From contig JASFYR010000012.1 in the NCBI GenBank assembly GCA_045047115.1, positions 27,337-91,336 on the forward strand: a DNA stretch of 64,000 nt. Reading direction: 5' to 3'. Positions 40,764 to 50,967 of this stretch are shown here, piece by piece. The first letter of the stretch is position 1. Every line of letters starts with the position of its first letter. The position numbers and the translations under genes were made by a program. This stretch comes from Sulfurospirillum sp. Lineage in GTDB: Bacteria; Campylobacterota; Campylobacteria; Campylobacterales; Sulfurospirillaceae. Below the pieces are notes generated by a model. The model made no database searches. It saw only the letters and a list, made by a program, of their open reading frames with translations, and was not told where the DNA came from.

Positions 40764-42861
40764 CTATCTCTCCTTTATGTTTTTCTATCAGTTCTTTATC
40801 ACAATATGGACAATACTCATGTTCACCACTTATGTAACCATGTTTTTCGCACACAGAAAAAACCGGTGTTATGGTCAGATACGGCATTCTATAGTTTGAA
40901 ATGACATTTTTTACCATCTGCCTACACGCTTCTGTTGAACTTATCCTCTCTTTCATATAGAGGTGAAGAACTGTCCCTCCTGTATATTCACACTGCAGAT
41001 CATCTTGTAAATCAAGCGCTTCAAAAGGGTCGTCAGTAAAATCAGCTGGCAGTTGAGAAGAGTTTGTATAGTAAATATTATCTCCCATTCCTGCTTGCAT
41101 GATATCTGGGTATCTCTTCTTGTCCTCTTTGGCAAATCTATATGTCGTACCCTCTGCCGGAGTTGCTTCGAGGTTGTAGAGATTGCCTGTCTCTTCTTGA
41201 TAACCAAGCATCTTTTGACGCATAAAATCTAACAACTCTGTAGCAAATTTCATTCCAAATTCATCAGATATGTTGTGTTTGTCATTTGTAAAATTTCTTA
41301 TCATCTCATTTACGCCGTTTACCCCGATAGTAGAAAAGTGGTTGTTAAAACCGGGTAGATATCTAGCGGTATATGGATACAGGCCTCTGTCATACATCTC
41401 TTGCACAAATACTCTTTTTTTCTCAAGTGTTGATTTGGCTAAATCCATCAAGTGCTCAACCTCTTTGAATATTGCTTTTTTATTTCCCTTGTTTAGATAT
41501 CCGAGTCTCGCCATGTTTATAGTTACAACACCGATACTTCCTGTCATCTCTGCACTTCCAAAGAGCCCTCCCCCTCTTTTTAAAAGCTCCCGCAAGTCTA
41601 GTTGCAGTCTGCAACACATGCTTCTGACATTGCCGGGCTTGTAGGCTTTGGGGTTCTCTATGAGATTGCCCTTTTCATCTTTCATATATTGGCTTCCTAT
41701 GAAGTTTTGAAAGTAGGATGAACCGATTTTTGCTGTATTTTCAAATAGTACATCAGTGTTTTCTCCATACCAGTCAAAATCCTCTGTTATATTTACCGTC
41801 GGTATAGGGAAAGTAAAAGGCTGTCCGGTTCTATCGCCTTCTGTCATTACTTCATAGTATGCTTTATTGATGAGATTCATCTCTTTTTGAAAATCTTTGT
41901 ATGTTAGATTTTCGAGTTTGTCAACACCCCTTCTTTTTGCCTCTTTTTCCAAGGCCTCATCTTCTATCTCTTTAAAAAGGTGTATATCTCTACATGTAGG
42001 AGTCTGATCAGCTAAATCACTAGGCACTGTCCAATCAATCGTGATATTGGTAAAAGGACTCTGCCCCCATCTTGCAGGAACATTCAGGTTGTAAACAAAA
42101 CTTACTATTGCTTTTTTTATCTCATCATAAGGTAACCGGTCCTTAAATACATAAGGAGCCAGATATGTATCGAAAGAGCTAAAAGCCTGAGCTCCCGCCC
42201 ATTCACTTTGTAAGATGCCTAAAAAATTTGCCATCTGTCCCAGTGCTTCTCTAAAGTGTTTTGGCGGACGAGACTCTACTCTGCCTCTGACGCCGTTAAA
42301 TCCTTCGTTGAGTAGTGCTCTTAGACTCCATCCGGCGCAATATGCAGTAAGGCAGTCTAGGTCATGTATGTGATAGTCTCCGTTTCTGTGGGCAAAGCCC
42401 TCTTCTTTTGAGTATATCTTGTCTAGCCAATAGTTTGCTATTATTTTACCAGCCGTATTGTTTACCAGACCGGCATTTGAATAACCGGTATTTGAGTTTG
42501 CTTTGATACGCCAGTCACTTTTGTTGATATACTCTTCTATGGTTTGAGTTGAGTTGACAAAAGTTGTATCTTCATTGAGTCCTGCTACATGTTCCCTTTG
42601 CATCTTATGAGTGTGGCGATAAATCATGAAAGAGCGCATAACATCAAAATATCTAGCCTTATAGAGCGCAACCTCTATCATATCTTGTATGTCTTCTACG
42701 GCGGCAGCTCTCTTTTTCTCCATTTTGGAGACGATGGAGTTAAAAACACTCTCATCATAAGTTACACCTTCACTTTTAAATGCTTTTTTGATAGCATCTT
42801 GTATCTTGAAGGCTTGAAAATCTTCTGTAGTACCGTCCCGTTTTAAGACTTTTTCTAGCAT
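40741..42861 (-). CDS. nrdD: Class III ribonucleoside-triphosphate reductase (ATP cone and catalytic barrel, no Gly-radical loop)
   Basis: ATP cone; HIHDLD, GAQAFS, RSMCCRL, EATPAEG, CEKHG..CPYC. Confidence 0.95.
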   Translation of the reverse strand: MLEKVLKRDGTTEDFQAFKIQDAIKKAFKSEGVTYDESVFNSIVSKMEKKRAAAVEDIQDMIEVALYKARYFDVMRSFMIYRHTHKMQREHVAGLNEDTTFVNSTQTIEEYINKSDWRIKANSNTGYSNAGLVNNTAGKIIANYWLDKIYSKEEGFAHRNGDYHIHDLDCLTAYCAGWSLRALLNEGFNGVRGRVESRPPKHFREALGQMANFLGILQSEWAGAQAFSSFDTYLAPYVFKDRLPYDEIKKAIVSFVYNLNVPARWGQSPFTNITIDWTVPSDLADQTPTCRDIHLFKEIEDEALEKEAKRRGVDKLENLTYKDFQKEMNLINKAYYEVMTEGDRTGQPFTFPIPTVNITEDFDWYGENTDVLFENTAKIGSSYFQNFIGSQYMKDEKGNLIENPKAYKPGNVRSMCCRLQLDLRELLKRGGGLFGSAEMTGSIGVVTINMARLGYLNKGNKKAIFKEVEHLMDLAKSTLEKKRVFVQEMYDRGLYPYTARYLPGFNNHFSTIGVNGVNEMIRNFTNDKHNISDEFGMKFATELLDFMRQKMLGYQEETGNLYNLEATPAEGTTYRFAKEDKKRYPDIMQAGMGDNIYYTNSSQLPADFTDDPFEALDLQDDLQCEYTGGTVLHLYMKERISSTEACRQMVKNVISNYRMPYLTITPVFSVCEKHGYISGEHEYCPYCDKELIEKHKGEIDEQKRTA

Positions 42862-43073
42862 AGTAATCCTGTATAATATTTTACTAGGATTATATAGTAT
42901 TGATATTTAGTTAAAACTTAAAAATTATAGTGTTATTTTTTTGTCACAAGCAATAAGAGTTGATTTTAGAGATATAAAACTTAATGAATTATATCCCTAA
43001 AATATCAGTTTATATGAGATTTTATTAATTTAAAATTTAAAATTTAAAATTAATAATTATTTTTAAGGTATTC

Positions 43074-45440
43074 TTACTGGCAACCCTCACACTCCATGCT
43101 TCTGTCTGCTACATCGAGTTTATTCTCGGGAGATTGACTTCTAAGGTAGTATGTTGATTTGATGCCTAGTTTCCATGCCAACATATAGATGTCATTTAGG
43201 TATTTTCCACTTGCCTTATCCAGTGTTAGAAATATATTTAAACTCTGTCCTTGATCTATCCATTTTTGTCTGATAGCGCCAGCTTTTATGAGTACTCTTT
43301 GATCGAGATCATAGGCTGGGGTATAAAAGTTCCAGGTGTTTGGATTGAGTTTTGGTACAACAACAGGAATCATACCTGAAAGATTCTCTTCAAACCATTT
43401 TCTTTTATAGACTGGCTCTATAGTTTGGGTGGTACCAACAAGGATCGATATAGAGCTTGTCGGTGCTATGGCCATAAGGTAGCCGTTTCTCATACCGTTT
43501 TTCTTAACTTTACCTCTAAGCTCTTCCCAATCATACACTTGTCCAAACAAGCCTCCTCGATCAACAAGTTTTTTAGCCTCTTCATTCGCTGAGTCTATAG
43601 GAAAAATACCTCTGCTCCATTTGGAGCCTTCAAAGTCAGGATAGGTACCTTTTTCTGTGGCAAGGTTTGAGGATGCTTTGATGATATTGTAGCTTACTGC
43701 TTCCATGATTTCGTCTATTTTACTAAAGTGCTCATAGCTTCCCCATTTGATACCATTGACTGCCAGCATTTCTGCCTCGCCCATTACACCTAGTCCTATA
43801 GCGCGTGACTTTAGGTTTGTGTGTTTTACTTTTGCGTGAGGATAAAAATTGAGATCTATGACATTATCTAACATTCTTGTTGCCGTTGGGATTACCCTTT
43901 CGATATCCTCTTTTGTATTTATTTTAGAGAGGTTTATACTAGCTAGATTGCATACAGCAGTTTTGCCCTCTATCATCTCTTTTTCAACAATAAAGATATT
44001 TTTATCATTCAAGCTGTCTAATGCTGTAATTTTCTTTGCGTCTTTTTCGATATGGCCATTTACTATCACTTTTTCGTGTTCGTCAAATGTGTCATAGGTT
44101 CCATCGTCATATGTAACTTTGATTTTGTAGTGATTTGGTTCAGTATTTTGAAATATCTCTGTACAGAGATTTGAACTTCTGATGATACCGCTGTGGTTGT
44201 TTGGGTTTGCTCTGTTTGCATTGTCTTTAAAGCAGAGAAATGGACTACCGCTTTCAAAGTAGCTAAGAAGTATCTTTTTCCATAACTCTTTTGCTTTTAT
44301 ATGCTCTTTTGATATATCCTCATCTCTCTCATATTTCAAATATTTTTCTTCAAACTCATCTCCATACAGATGTGGCAAGTCAGTCACTTCTGCCGGGTCA
44401 AAAAGTGTCCAGATACCATCCTCTTCCACTCTTTTCATAAATATATCATTTATCCAAAGCGCTGGAAAAAGATCATGTGCACGACGACGCTCTTCACCAG
44501 AGTTTTTCTTTAGATCAAGAAAGTCTGATATATCCATATGCCACGGCTCAAGATAGACTGCAATTGCACCTTTTCTTGTGCCCAATTGGTCAACTGCTAT
44601 GGCTATATCGTTTGTTATCTTCAAGAATGGTATGATGCCTCCGGCAGCGTTTTTATGTCCGTCTATCATTCCACCCATTGAGCGAACAAGATTCCAGTCC
44701 CAACCGATTCCCCCTCCAAATTTACTTAAAAGAGCCATCTCTTTGTATGAGTCGAAAATGCCTTCTATATTGTCCGGAGTACTTCCTATGTAGCAAGAAC
44801 TTAGCTGGTGTCTTGGCGTCCTTGCATTTGAGAGTGTTGGTGTTGCTAGCATGACCTCAAATTGAGAAATTAGATCATAAAATTTCTTTGCCCAATCTTG
44901 AGAGTTAAGCTCATTTTGTGCTAAAAACATGGCTATTGCCATAAACATATGTTGGGGAAGTTCTATTGGAACACCCTGTGCGTTTTTTATGAGGTATCTA
45001 TCATGCAAGGTCTTTATGCCAAGATATGTAAACTGTAAATCTCTTTCTGGTTTAAGGTAGGCATCTAGATCATCCAAGTCGTATTTGTCTTTAAGTCCTA
45101 GAAGTATCCTGCCCTTTTTTTCGCCTCTTTCGAAATACTCTTTCAAATGACAATAGCCTGTAAATTTATTTACTTTGTGATATAGATCATACAAGAAGAG
45201 TCTAGCTGCGACAAATGTCCAATTTGGTCTGTCTATATCTATCTTGTCAACAGCAGTTTTAATGAGTGTTTTTTGTATCTCTTTGGTTGTAATTTTATCA
45301 CGAAATTGTATCTTTGCATCGACTTCAAGTTCGCTTTGGCTTACATTTTCTAGTCCCTCTATGGCTGAACTTGTATATTTTTGTATTTTTGAAATATCCA
45401 ATGGCTCAATTCGGCCATTTCTTTTTTGAACTGTTAACAT
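43074..45440 (-). CDS. nrdA: Class Ia ribonucleotide reductase alpha subunit
   Basis: ATP cone, ATPT, QLSSC, SSNLCTEI, APTSS, TYYLR, C-terminal CEGCQ. Confidence 0.97.
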   Translation of the reverse strand: MLTVQKRNGRIEPLDISKIQKYTSSAIEGLENVSQSELEVDAKIQFRDKITTKEIQKTLIKTAVDKIDIDRPNWTFVAARLFLYDLYHKVNKFTGYCHLKEYFERGEKKGRILLGLKDKYDLDDLDAYLKPERDLQFTYLGIKTLHDRYLIKNAQGVPIELPQHMFMAIAMFLAQNELNSQDWAKKFYDLISQFEVMLATPTLSNARTPRHQLSSCYIGSTPDNIEGIFDSYKEMALLSKFGGGIGWDWNLVRSMGGMIDGHKNAAGGIIPFLKITNDIAIAVDQLGTRKGAIAVYLEPWHMDISDFLDLKKNSGEERRRAHDLFPALWINDIFMKRVEEDGIWTLFDPAEVTDLPHLYGDEFEEKYLKYERDEDISKEHIKAKELWKKILLSYFESGSPFLCFKDNANRANPNNHSGIIRSSNLCTEIFQNTEPNHYKIKVTYDDGTYDTFDEHEKVIVNGHIEKDAKKITALDSLNDKNIFIVEKEMIEGKTAVCNLASINLSKINTKEDIERVIPTATRMLDNVIDLNFYPHAKVKHTNLKSRAIGLGVMGEAEMLAVNGIKWGSYEHFSKIDEIMEAVSYNIIKASSNLATEKGTYPDFEGSKWSRGIFPIDSANEEAKKLVDRGGLFGQVYDWEELRGKVKKNGMRNGYLMAIAPTSSISILVGTTQTIEPVYKRKWFEENLSGMIPVVVPKLNPNTWNFYTPAYDLDQRVLIKAGAIRQKWIDQGQSLNIFLTLDKASGKYLNDIYMLAWKLGIKSTYYLRSQSPENKLDVADRSMECEGCQ

Positions 45441-45457
45441 GTATTTTCCACCACCTT

Positions 45458-46786
45458 TTATTTAAATACTCTTGCAAATATGTTATCTACATTCTTCGTA
45501 TAGTAGCTATAATCAAAACATGCTTTTATCTCATTTTCGCTAAGTTTACTTCTTAAATCTTCATCTTTTAAAAGATTTTCTAAAAACAGACTCTCGCCCT
45601 TCTCGTTCAGAGCGGGTTTTCCTACTTGCAAATCCTTCCAGACTTTCATGGCATTTCTTTGCACTATTTTATAGGCATCTTCTCTACTTACACCTTTGGC
45701 AGGAAGCTCTAATAATACTCTTTGTGAAAAGACCAAACCCCCGGTTAGGTTTAAATTTTTCATCATATTCTCAGGGTAGACTAAAAGTTTCTCTATGATC
45801 CCACTTAGTCTATGAAGCATAAAATCACTTGTGATAAAACTGTCAGGAAGCGTAAATCTCTCAACTGAACTGTGACTGATATCTCTCTCATGCCAAAGAG
45901 CAACATTTTCCATTGAAGGTGCAGCATAGCTTCTTATTATTCTGCAAAGTCCGGTTACATTTTCACTTAGCACCGGGTTTCTTTTATGTGGCATTGCAGA
46001 ACTCCCTTTTTGTCCTTCGCTAAAGTACTCTTCTGCTTCATAGATTTCTGTTCTTTGGTAGTGTCTTATGGCTACAGCTATCTTTTCGCAGCTAGATGCT
46101 AATAATGCCAAGGCATTCATAAGGTTTGCGTATCTGTCTCTTTGGATTACCTGGTTTGATACAGGAGCAGGTTTTAATCCCAGCTCTTTGCAGACGAACT
46201 CTTCAAGCTCAATTGGCGAGTGAGCCATATTGCCCATAGCACCACTTATCTGCCCTACACTTATCACTTCAAGGGACTGTTCTAGATTTACCAAATTTCT
46301 TTTGATTTCATCATACCAGACAGCAAGAACCAGGCCAAAGGTGATAGGTTCTCCGTGTATGCCGTGGCTTCTTCCTACCATAAGTGTTTTTTTGTGTTCT
46401 TGTGCTCTTTTTTCTATGGCTCTCATCAGGATTTTTACACCATCTATTATCAGTTCTAGCGAGTCTCTCATCTGAAGTGCAACAGCCGTATCTATACAGT
46501 CTGAGCTTGTCATGCCATAGTGAACCCATCTGCTCTCTTCTCCCAGGCTCTCAGAAACACTTGTCAAAAATGCTATCACATCATGTTTTGTTTTTCTCTC
46601 TATTTCATCTATTCTGTTTATATCAAATTTGGCATTTTTAAGTATATTTTGGCAGTCATTGTTTGGAACAAGACCTAATTTATTCCAACCTTTCACTGTC
46701 GCTTTTTCTACTTCAAGCCAAGCATCATACTTCGCCTGAGTAGTCCATTTATTTTTCATTTCATCTCTGGCATATCTTTCAACCAT
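45458..46786 (-). CDS. purB: Adenylosuccinate lyase
   Basis: GRSHGIH and GSSAMPHKRNP. Confidence 0.98.
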   Translation of the reverse strand: MVERYARDEMKNKWTTQAKYDAWLEVEKATVKGWNKLGLVPNNDCQNILKNAKFDINRIDEIERKTKHDVIAFLTSVSESLGEESRWVHYGMTSSDCIDTAVALQMRDSLELIIDGVKILMRAIEKRAQEHKKTLMVGRSHGIHGEPITFGLVLAVWYDEIKRNLVNLEQSLEVISVGQISGAMGNMAHSPIELEEFVCKELGLKPAPVSNQVIQRDRYANLMNALALLASSCEKIAVAIRHYQRTEIYEAEEYFSEGQKGSSAMPHKRNPVLSENVTGLCRIIRSYAAPSMENVALWHERDISHSSVERFTLPDSFITSDFMLHRLSGIIEKLLVYPENMMKNLNLTGGLVFSQRVLLELPAKGVSREDAYKIVQRNAMKVWKDLQVGKPALNEKGESLFLENLLKDEDLRSKLSENEIKACFDYSYYTKNVDNIFARVFK

Positions 46787-46857
46787 AATTTTGAGTCCTT
46801 GTGTTATTATAATGTATTTATTCTATCTAAAAGTGTGTTAAAAAAGGTTAAAAGTTA

Positions 46858-47775
46858 ATGGGATATGTGAGAAAAAAGTTTCAAATCAAGAAACCTGTAA
46901 AGGCTTATGTTTTTTTGATTAAAGAGTTCGGGTGTGGCATGAGTGAAGCTCAAAAATGGATAGACAGGGGAAGAATTTATGAAAATGGGAAGCTTGTAAA
47001 AATCAAGAATTCTCTTTTGCTCGGCAGCATTGAAGTTATTTTTTTCGAACCTGAACCTATAGGACTTCAACCAATCTATGAAAATACTCATTTTGCAGTT
47101 TTTGATAAACCAAGTGGTATTATGATTCATCCAAAAATGCTTGATAGCGAAAAGACTTTGAATGATGATATTAAATCATATTTTGGAAAAAATGCAAATG
47201 CTGTACATAGGATAGACAAGTGTACCAGTGGCTTAGTGCTTGTTGGAAAAGATAAAAACAGCGAGAGAGAGTTAAAAAAACTATTTGCTGACAGGTTGGT
47301 CAAAAAAAAATACAAGGCTCTAGTTTTTGGAAAGGTTGATAAAAATTTCAGAATAGAGGCAAATTTAAAATCCAACCTCCCCTCTTCCAAAGTGCGAATA
47401 AAATCTCATATAGATAGTAGCGGAAAAGTATCGATAACTGATATCAAACCCGTAAGATATATAAAACCTTTAGATATGAGTATTGTAGAAGCCTCCCCTC
47501 TCACTGGCAGAACTCACCAAATAAGAGCTCATTTGTTTCATGTGAAACATTCTATTGTGGGAGATCCGATTTATGGGGTTGATGAAGATGATGCAGATAG
47601 ATTTTTAAATTCTGATATGTCAGAAACTGAGAGATTAAAATTAAGTGGAGCAAGTAGATTGATGTTGCATGCTGATTTTTTAAGTTTTGTGTATAAAGGC
47701 ATAGAGTATAATATCAAAAGTGAAATAGATTTTGAAAGGTTGGTAAATGAATACTGTAGTAGTAAGCGGCAATGA
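46858..47775 (+). CDS. RluA-family pseudouridine synthase
   Basis: DKPSG, HRIDKCTSG, TGRTHQIRAH, GDPIYG, LHA. Confidence 0.93.
   Translation: MGYVRKKFQIKKPVKAYVFLIKEFGCGMSEAQKWIDRGRIYENGKLVKIKNSLLLGSIEVIFFEPEPIGLQPIYENTHFAVFDKPSGIMIHPKMLDSEKTLNDDIKSYFGKNANAVHRIDKCTSGLVLVGKDKNSERELKKLFADRLVKKKYKALVFGKVDKNFRIEANLKSNLPSSKVRIKSHIDSSGKVSITDIKPVRYIKPLDMSIVEASPLTGRTHQIRAHLFHVKHSIVGDPIYGVDEDDADRFLNSDMSETERLKLSGASRLMLHADFLSFVYKGIEYNIKSEIDFERLVNEYCSSKRQ
47534..47549. promoter_or_regulatory. parS site
   Basis: TGTTTCATGTGAAACA, 15/16 to the TGTTTCACGTGAAACA consensus. Confidence 0.85.
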
Positions 47776-48358
47776 AGTAACCCCTAGCAAAGTTGTTTGT
47801 GTAGGGAGAAATTATGTAGAGCATATAAAAGAGTTAAACAATGAAATTCCTACATCAATGGTTCTTTTCATGAAGCCAAATAGTGCTATAAGTAGCAATC
47901 TGAGTACCCAAGATATTGAGTTGCACTATGAGGGAGAATTATCCTTTCTGATAAAAGATTCCAAGATAAGTGCTGTCGGATTTGGCCTGGATTTAACAGA
48001 CAGAACACTACAAAGTAAACTTAAAAAAAGTGGCTTACCATGGGAGAGAGCAAAGGCATTTGATGGTGCAGGAGTTTTTAGCGAATTTGTAAATATATCC
48101 GAAGAGGAAATTGGCAGTTTGAATTTAAAACTCTACATAAATGATGAATTGGTACAAATAGGAGGTGTTGAGTTGATGATTTATGCACCCAGTGTTATTT
48201 TAGACGAGATATCATCTTTTTGTACTCTTGAAGACGGTGATATTGTGATGAGTGGCACTCCAAAGGGAGTCGGAACTTTTAAAAAAGAAGATATTTTTAG
48301 AGGCGAGATTTATATTGGTGATAAATTAGCAGTAAGTAAAACCTGGATTGCTGTTTAG
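47747..48358 (+). CDS. Fumarylacetoacetate hydrolase family protein
   Basis: CVGRNYVEH, FMKP, HYEGEL, LDLT.R, AKAFD, SGTPKGV. Confidence 0.93.
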   Translation: MNTVVVSGNEVTPSKVVCVGRNYVEHIKELNNEIPTSMVLFMKPNSAISSNLSTQDIELHYEGELSFLIKDSKISAVGFGLDLTDRTLQSKLKKSGLPWERAKAFDGAGVFSEFVNISEEEIGSLNLKLYINDELVQIGGVELMIYAPSVILDEISSFCTLEDGDIVMSGTPKGVGTFKKEDIFRGEIYIGDKLAVSKTWIAV

Positions 48359-48374
48359 GTACTTAGCTACTCTT

Positions 48375-48408
48375 GGCCAAATTCACTTTTGCATGAATGA
48401 ATTTGGTC
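48375..48408. terminator. Hairpin between convergent genes
   Basis: CCAAATTCA / TGAATTTGG arms. Confidence 0.5.
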
Positions 48409-48429
48409 TAGGGCAGCAAATATATGTGT

Positions 48430-48525
48430 CTATTTGTCAAAAAACAGAACTTTAACCATACCAAATATGGCACCAATAACTATAATTACCAAGAAGATTG
48501 CTTCTCCTGCATCAACTATGCTCAT
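48430..48525 (-). CDS. 31-aa small hydrophobic protein, absent from the ORF track ([31 protein letters not shown])
   Basis: AAGGAG RBS inside the rlmN 3' end; single TM helix. Confidence 0.75.
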   Translation of the reverse strand: MSIVDAGEAIFLVIIVIGAIFGMVKVLFFDK

Positions 48526-49588
48526 CTTTCTCCTTTCTGTCTTTTAGCTGACCACAAGCTGCACTGATATCCAATCCTTTTGATTCTCTGATGGTGCATA
48601 GTATGCCATGCTTCAAAAGATAGTCTTGAAAAGCCAATACATCTTTGACTTCAGGTCTTTGATATTCACTGCCCTCATGAGAGTTAAAAAATATAAGATT
48701 TACTTTGGCTTTTATGCCGTTTAATAGTTTTACAAGTTTTTTGGCGCTTTTTAAATCATCATTTAAATCCCTTATGACAAGATACTCAAACATAACTCTT
48801 TTTCTGGTATCTATCGGAAACTCTTTCACTGCATTTATGATTGATTCTATATTGTAAGCTTTGTTTATGGGCATCAACTCTTCTCTAAGTTTATCGTCTA
48901 CTGCATGTAAAGAGATTGCCAGTAAAACACCTAAATCCATATGCCCAAGTTTTTTTATTTGAGAGCTTAGTCCACTTGTAGAAATCGTCTGACGTCTTGG
49001 ACTTATGGCAAGACCTGAGGGATCTGAGAAAATTTTCACAGCCTTTTGCACATTTTCAAGATTGTCCAGCGGCTCACCCATGCCCATAAACACAATATTT
49101 ACTCTTCTGTTTTGGGCTATACCATTGTCTTTTTTAATCATCAGCACTTGAGATGTTATCTCTCCTGGGCTTAGATTTCTAAAAAAACCACTCTTCCCTG
49201 TGAGGCAAAACGAACAACCTATCTTGCAACCTACCTGCGATGATATACAGATAGTGTATCTTGTGTGATGTAAGAGTTTACCTTCATCATCATATCGCTC
49301 TTTTTTCATAGGCAAAAGTACGGATTCCATGGTCAAACCATCATTTAAAACAAAAAGATACTTTTTGCTCCCGTCCCTACTCTCTTCTATGGTGGCAATT
49401 TCAAGAGGCATAAGGTTGTAATTTTTATTTAGACCTTCCTTTAAAGCTTTAGGCAGGTTTTTCATCTCGTCAAAAGAATTTACATATTTTTTGTATATCC
49501 ATTCATATATCTGTTTTGCTCTAAAAGAGGGTTTTATTATCTGTGATAACTCATCTTTTGTGTAATCTAATATATTTACTTTACTCAT
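48512..49588 (-). CDS. rlmN: 23S rRNA/tRNA m2A methyltransferase
   Basis: [27 protein letters not shown]. Confidence 0.97.
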   Translation of the reverse strand: MSKVNILDYTKDELSQIIKPSFRAKQIYEWIYKKYVNSFDEMKNLPKALKEGLNKNYNLMPLEIATIEESRDGSKKYLFVLNDGLTMESVLLPMKKERYDDEGKLLHHTRYTICISSQVGCKIGCSFCLTGKSGFFRNLSPGEITSQVLMIKKDNGIAQNRRVNIVFMGMGEPLDNLENVQKAVKIFSDPSGLAISPRRQTISTSGLSSQIKKLGHMDLGVLLAISLHAVDDKLREELMPINKAYNIESIINAVKEFPIDTRKRVMFEYLVIRDLNDDLKSAKKLVKLLNGIKAKVNLIFFNSHEGSEYQRPEVKDVLAFQDYLLKHGILCTIRESKGLDISAACGQLKDRKEKDEHS

Positions 49589-50142
49589 GTTTTACTCACT
49601 TGTTTTCTAATATATTGTGTTAGTTTGTTTTTTGCAAGATTGTGATTTCTTAAAAAATCACTATGCGCAATGTTATTGCAAAAGTTAGTAATTATAAAAA
49701 TTCCAAGTACAGGAATATTGAATTTATTAGCTACTGTTAGTATAGAGTAAAACTCCATATTTTCAGCTTCAATCCCATTTTTTAAAAATTTGTTAGATAT
49801 TTCTTTGTTAGTGGTAATATAGTTACTAGAATTTACTAATATATTTTTTTCATTAGTTGTTTCACATGAAACATTATAGTTATATGCTTCTATTTTATTA
49901 GCTATTGGTGTATAACAGTTACCTTCAAAATATCCAGTCTCTATGTTAGTAGAAGAGTGAGAATAAAATATATCAAACAGTTTTAAATTTCCATAGCTCC
50001 CTGCCGTTCCTATAAACAACAGGGATTTTGGTTTATCACTAAGTAAGAGTTTAGTTAGATTTATCGAACTTTCAATCAGCCCTACTCCTACTGGTATAGC
50101 AAAATCAAATATCTCATTTTTACCAGCACTTAAAATTGTCAT
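49585..50142 (-). CDS. Purine-nucleoside phosphorylase-like protein
   Basis: [22 protein letters not shown]. Confidence 0.8.
   Translation of the reverse strand: MTILSAGKNEIFDFAIPVGVGLIESSINLTKLLLSDKPKSLLFIGTAGSYGNLKLFDIFYSHSSTNIETGYFEGNCYTPIANKIEAYNYNVSCETTNEKNILVNSSNYITTNKEISNKFLKNGIEAENMEFYSILTVANKFNIPVLGIFIITNFCNNIAHSDFLRNHNLAKNKLTQYIRKQVSKT
49858..49873. promoter_or_regulatory. parS site
   Basis: TGTTTCACATGAAACA, exact reverse complement of the 47534 site. Confidence 0.85.
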
Positions 50143-50897
50143 ATTCTTACAGGTATCCCCTCTTTTTCAAGGTAGTGTTTGAGTTCCATTATGTCTATCT
50201 CTTTATAGTGGAATATAGAAGCAGCCAATGCAGCATCGGCACCATTAAGAAAAGCATCTTTTATATGCTCCTTCTTCCCTGCCCCGCCACTTGCGATTAT
50301 GGGAATGTCCAACATTTCACTCATCTTTTTGGTCAACGCTATATCGTAGCCGTTTTTAACACCATCACAATCCATAGATGTCAAAAGAATCTCCCCTGCC
50401 CCTCTCTGGCTTACCTCTTTTGACCACTCTAAAACATCTAGGCCGGTATCGATTCTGCCACCATTTATAAAAACATTCCAACTATTGCCACTTTTTTTTG
50501 CATCAATCGCTACAACAATGCACTGAGAGCCAAATCTTTTTGAAGATTCATCTATGAAATCAGGATGTTTTATAGCGTATGAGTTTATACTTATCTTGTC
50601 ACACCCAACTTGAAGAAGATTGTATATGTCATTCAAAGTTCTTATGCCACCACCAACAGTTAAAGGGATAAAAACTTCTTGTGCTACACTTTTGACTATA
50701 TCTACTATAGTGTCTCTTTTTTCATGTGTTGCGGTTATGTCCAAAAAAGTGATCTCATCTGCACCTTCGTCATTGTACCTTTTTGCAACTTCTACAGGAT
50801 CGCCTGCATCCTGAAGTCCAACAAAGTTAACACCTTTAACGACTCTACCATCCTTAACATCTAAACAAGGTATAATTCTTTTGGCAAAATATTCCAT
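50139..50897 (-). CDS. hisF: Imidazole glycerol phosphate synthase cyclase subunit
   Basis: [32 protein letters not shown]. Confidence 0.98.
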   Translation of the reverse strand: MEYFAKRIIPCLDVKDGRVVKGVNFVGLQDAGDPVEVAKRYNDEGADEITFLDITATHEKRDTIVDIVKSVAQEVFIPLTVGGGIRTLNDIYNLLQVGCDKISINSYAIKHPDFIDESSKRFGSQCIVVAIDAKKSGNSWNVFINGGRIDTGLDVLEWSKEVSQRGAGEILLTSMDCDGVKNGYDIALTKKMSEMLDIPIIASGGAGKKEHIKDAFLNGADAALAASIFHYKEIDIMELKHYLEKEGIPVRI

Positions 50898-50967
50898 TCA
50901 TTTCTCCTGCTAAATTTTATCTAAAACAAGACAAAAATTGGCTGAATTGTTTTATTGCATAGCTCTC

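Noticed and set aside
40741..40775. nrdD as a frameshifted pseudogene
   Set aside because: The downstream part has its own strong RBS and ATG, all catalytic motifs are intact and nrdG is intact
43026..43052. TTTAAAA x3 tandem in the nrdA-nrdD spacer as an origin-like element
   Set aside because: Low-complexity AT sequence with no DnaA-box cluster nearby
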